DNA of 63,996 nucleotides, the filler included, from Octopus bimaculoides (taxonomy: Eukaryota): NCBI RefSeq assembly GCF_001194135.2. It is 5 parts of 5 records of this genome, joined end to end, with 100 filler letters (N's around TTAATTAATTAA, not from the genome) between each part and the next. Parts side by side here need not be neighbours in the genome. Positions count along the whole stretch, not along the records: positions 61,768 to 62,879 come from NC_068991.1; positions 62,980 to 63,996 come from NC_068999.1; 3 more parts are not named here. One strand, 5' to 3'. Position numbers and translations under genes: made by a program. Below are positions 62,771 to 63,996 of this stretch, piece by piece. The number at the start of each line of letters is the position of its first letter. Position 1 is the stretch's first letter. Below the pieces are notes generated by a model, which saw only the letters and a list, made by a program, of their open reading frames with translations, was not told the origin of the DNA and did not search any database.

Positions 62771-62979
62771 GTATATACACGTGTATGTGTATGTAGTATG
62801 GATGTATGTGTACAGACAGACAATCATGATTACACTGGAGCTTACATAATTGTATATAAAAGATAATTAGAAAAAGCGANNNNNNNNNNNNNNNNNNNNN
62901 NNNNNNNNNNNNNNNNNNNNNNNTTAATTAATTAANNNNNNNNNNNNNNNNNNNNNNNNNNNNNNNNNNNNNNNNNNNN

Positions 62980-63020
<41 letters not shown>

Positions 63021-63822
63021 CGCGTGTGTGCGTGTGCATTTGTGTGTGTGTCTGTGTCTGTCCCCCAACATCGCTTGACAACCGATGCTGGTGTGTTTAC
63101 GTCGCTGTAACATAGCGGTTCAGCAAAACACACCGATAGAATAAGTACTAGACTCGCACAGAATAAGTCCTGGGGTCGATTTGCTCGACTAAAGGCGGTG
63201 CTCCAGCATGGCCGCAGTCAAATGACTGAAACAAGTGAAAGAAGAAAAATATATAATATATCCATGCATGTCTATGTACATATGTATGTTAGTAAAGCAA
63301 ATGGATAGAGAGAACGTATATACACACATACATGCATTCATATATGCATACATACATACACATATTTATATACTTACGTGCATACATATACACATATATA
63401 CATACATATACACATATATACATACACATATACACACACACACGCACACGCATAAGCACTTACGTACACATACGCATAAATAGATGTATATGTATACATA
63501 CATACATACTTATATGTATGTATGTTTGTAAGTATGTTTGTAAGTTTGTATGTATGTATGTATGTACGTACGTATGTACGTATGTATGTATGTATGTATG
63601 TTTGTATGTATGTATGTATGTATGTATGTATATTTGTATGTATGCATGTATATATCTTTGCATGTATGTATGTTTGTATGTATGTATGCACCTCGTCTCC
63701 ATCCGTTGACATATTTACGTCTGTTGGGTGTGTATACCGTAATGCAATCTGCTGCTGGTGGTTCTTTAACTCCCCTGGTTCACCTCTCACATCCCCCTTA
63801 CCGCCTCTCCCTGTCTCTCCCA

Positions 63823-63861
<39 letters not shown>

Positions 63862-63996
63862 TACAGATGTATAGCGAATAAGTGTGACTGGTATCAACCA
63901 GCCCCAGTGTATTTCTGGTACAGAGTGAGATATGAAGGATTTTCATAGACGCAGGCGTTGCTGTGTTGCTAAGAAGCTCGCTTCCCGAACTTGATT

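Noticed and set aside
1-63996. CRISPR arrays, rRNA, prokaryotic operons or defence systems
   Set aside because: None seen; the repeats are eukaryotic SSRs, minisatellites and TEs without unique spacers.

Overview
Eukaryotic, AT-rich, microsatellite- and transposon-saturated animal DNA with many assembly gaps. The SINE families and repeat density suggest an octopod cephalopod (Octopus-like); this is inference and was not checked. The only protein-coding gene I can support is a complete 14-exon, minus-strand SLC13-family Na+/di-tricarboxylate cotransporter (33760-45126; 1749 nt, 582 aa; all introns GT-AG with consistent phases). Downstream lies a partial tandem duplicate of its 3' half (exons 9, 10, 11 and 14 visible; about 25290-29430) carrying a frameshift and a TGG>TAG stop. 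The rest is TE debris: two maT-like Tc1/mariner relics, a mariner built from two 5' ends, hAT and pogo MITEs, Helitron ends, RTE and R4/Dong LINE fragments, at least three tRNA-derived SINE families and a solo LTR. The main discovery is four unrelated repeat families that each carry a minimal type I hammerhead-ribozyme fold with a palindromic helix III. The best is a clean U3-A8 compensatory hammerhead at 42654-42694 inside a structured ~350-nt direct-repeat-bounded unit. Another sits in a tRNA-headed palindromic element at 16951-17395. Ribozyme activity is a prediction from secondary structure only.
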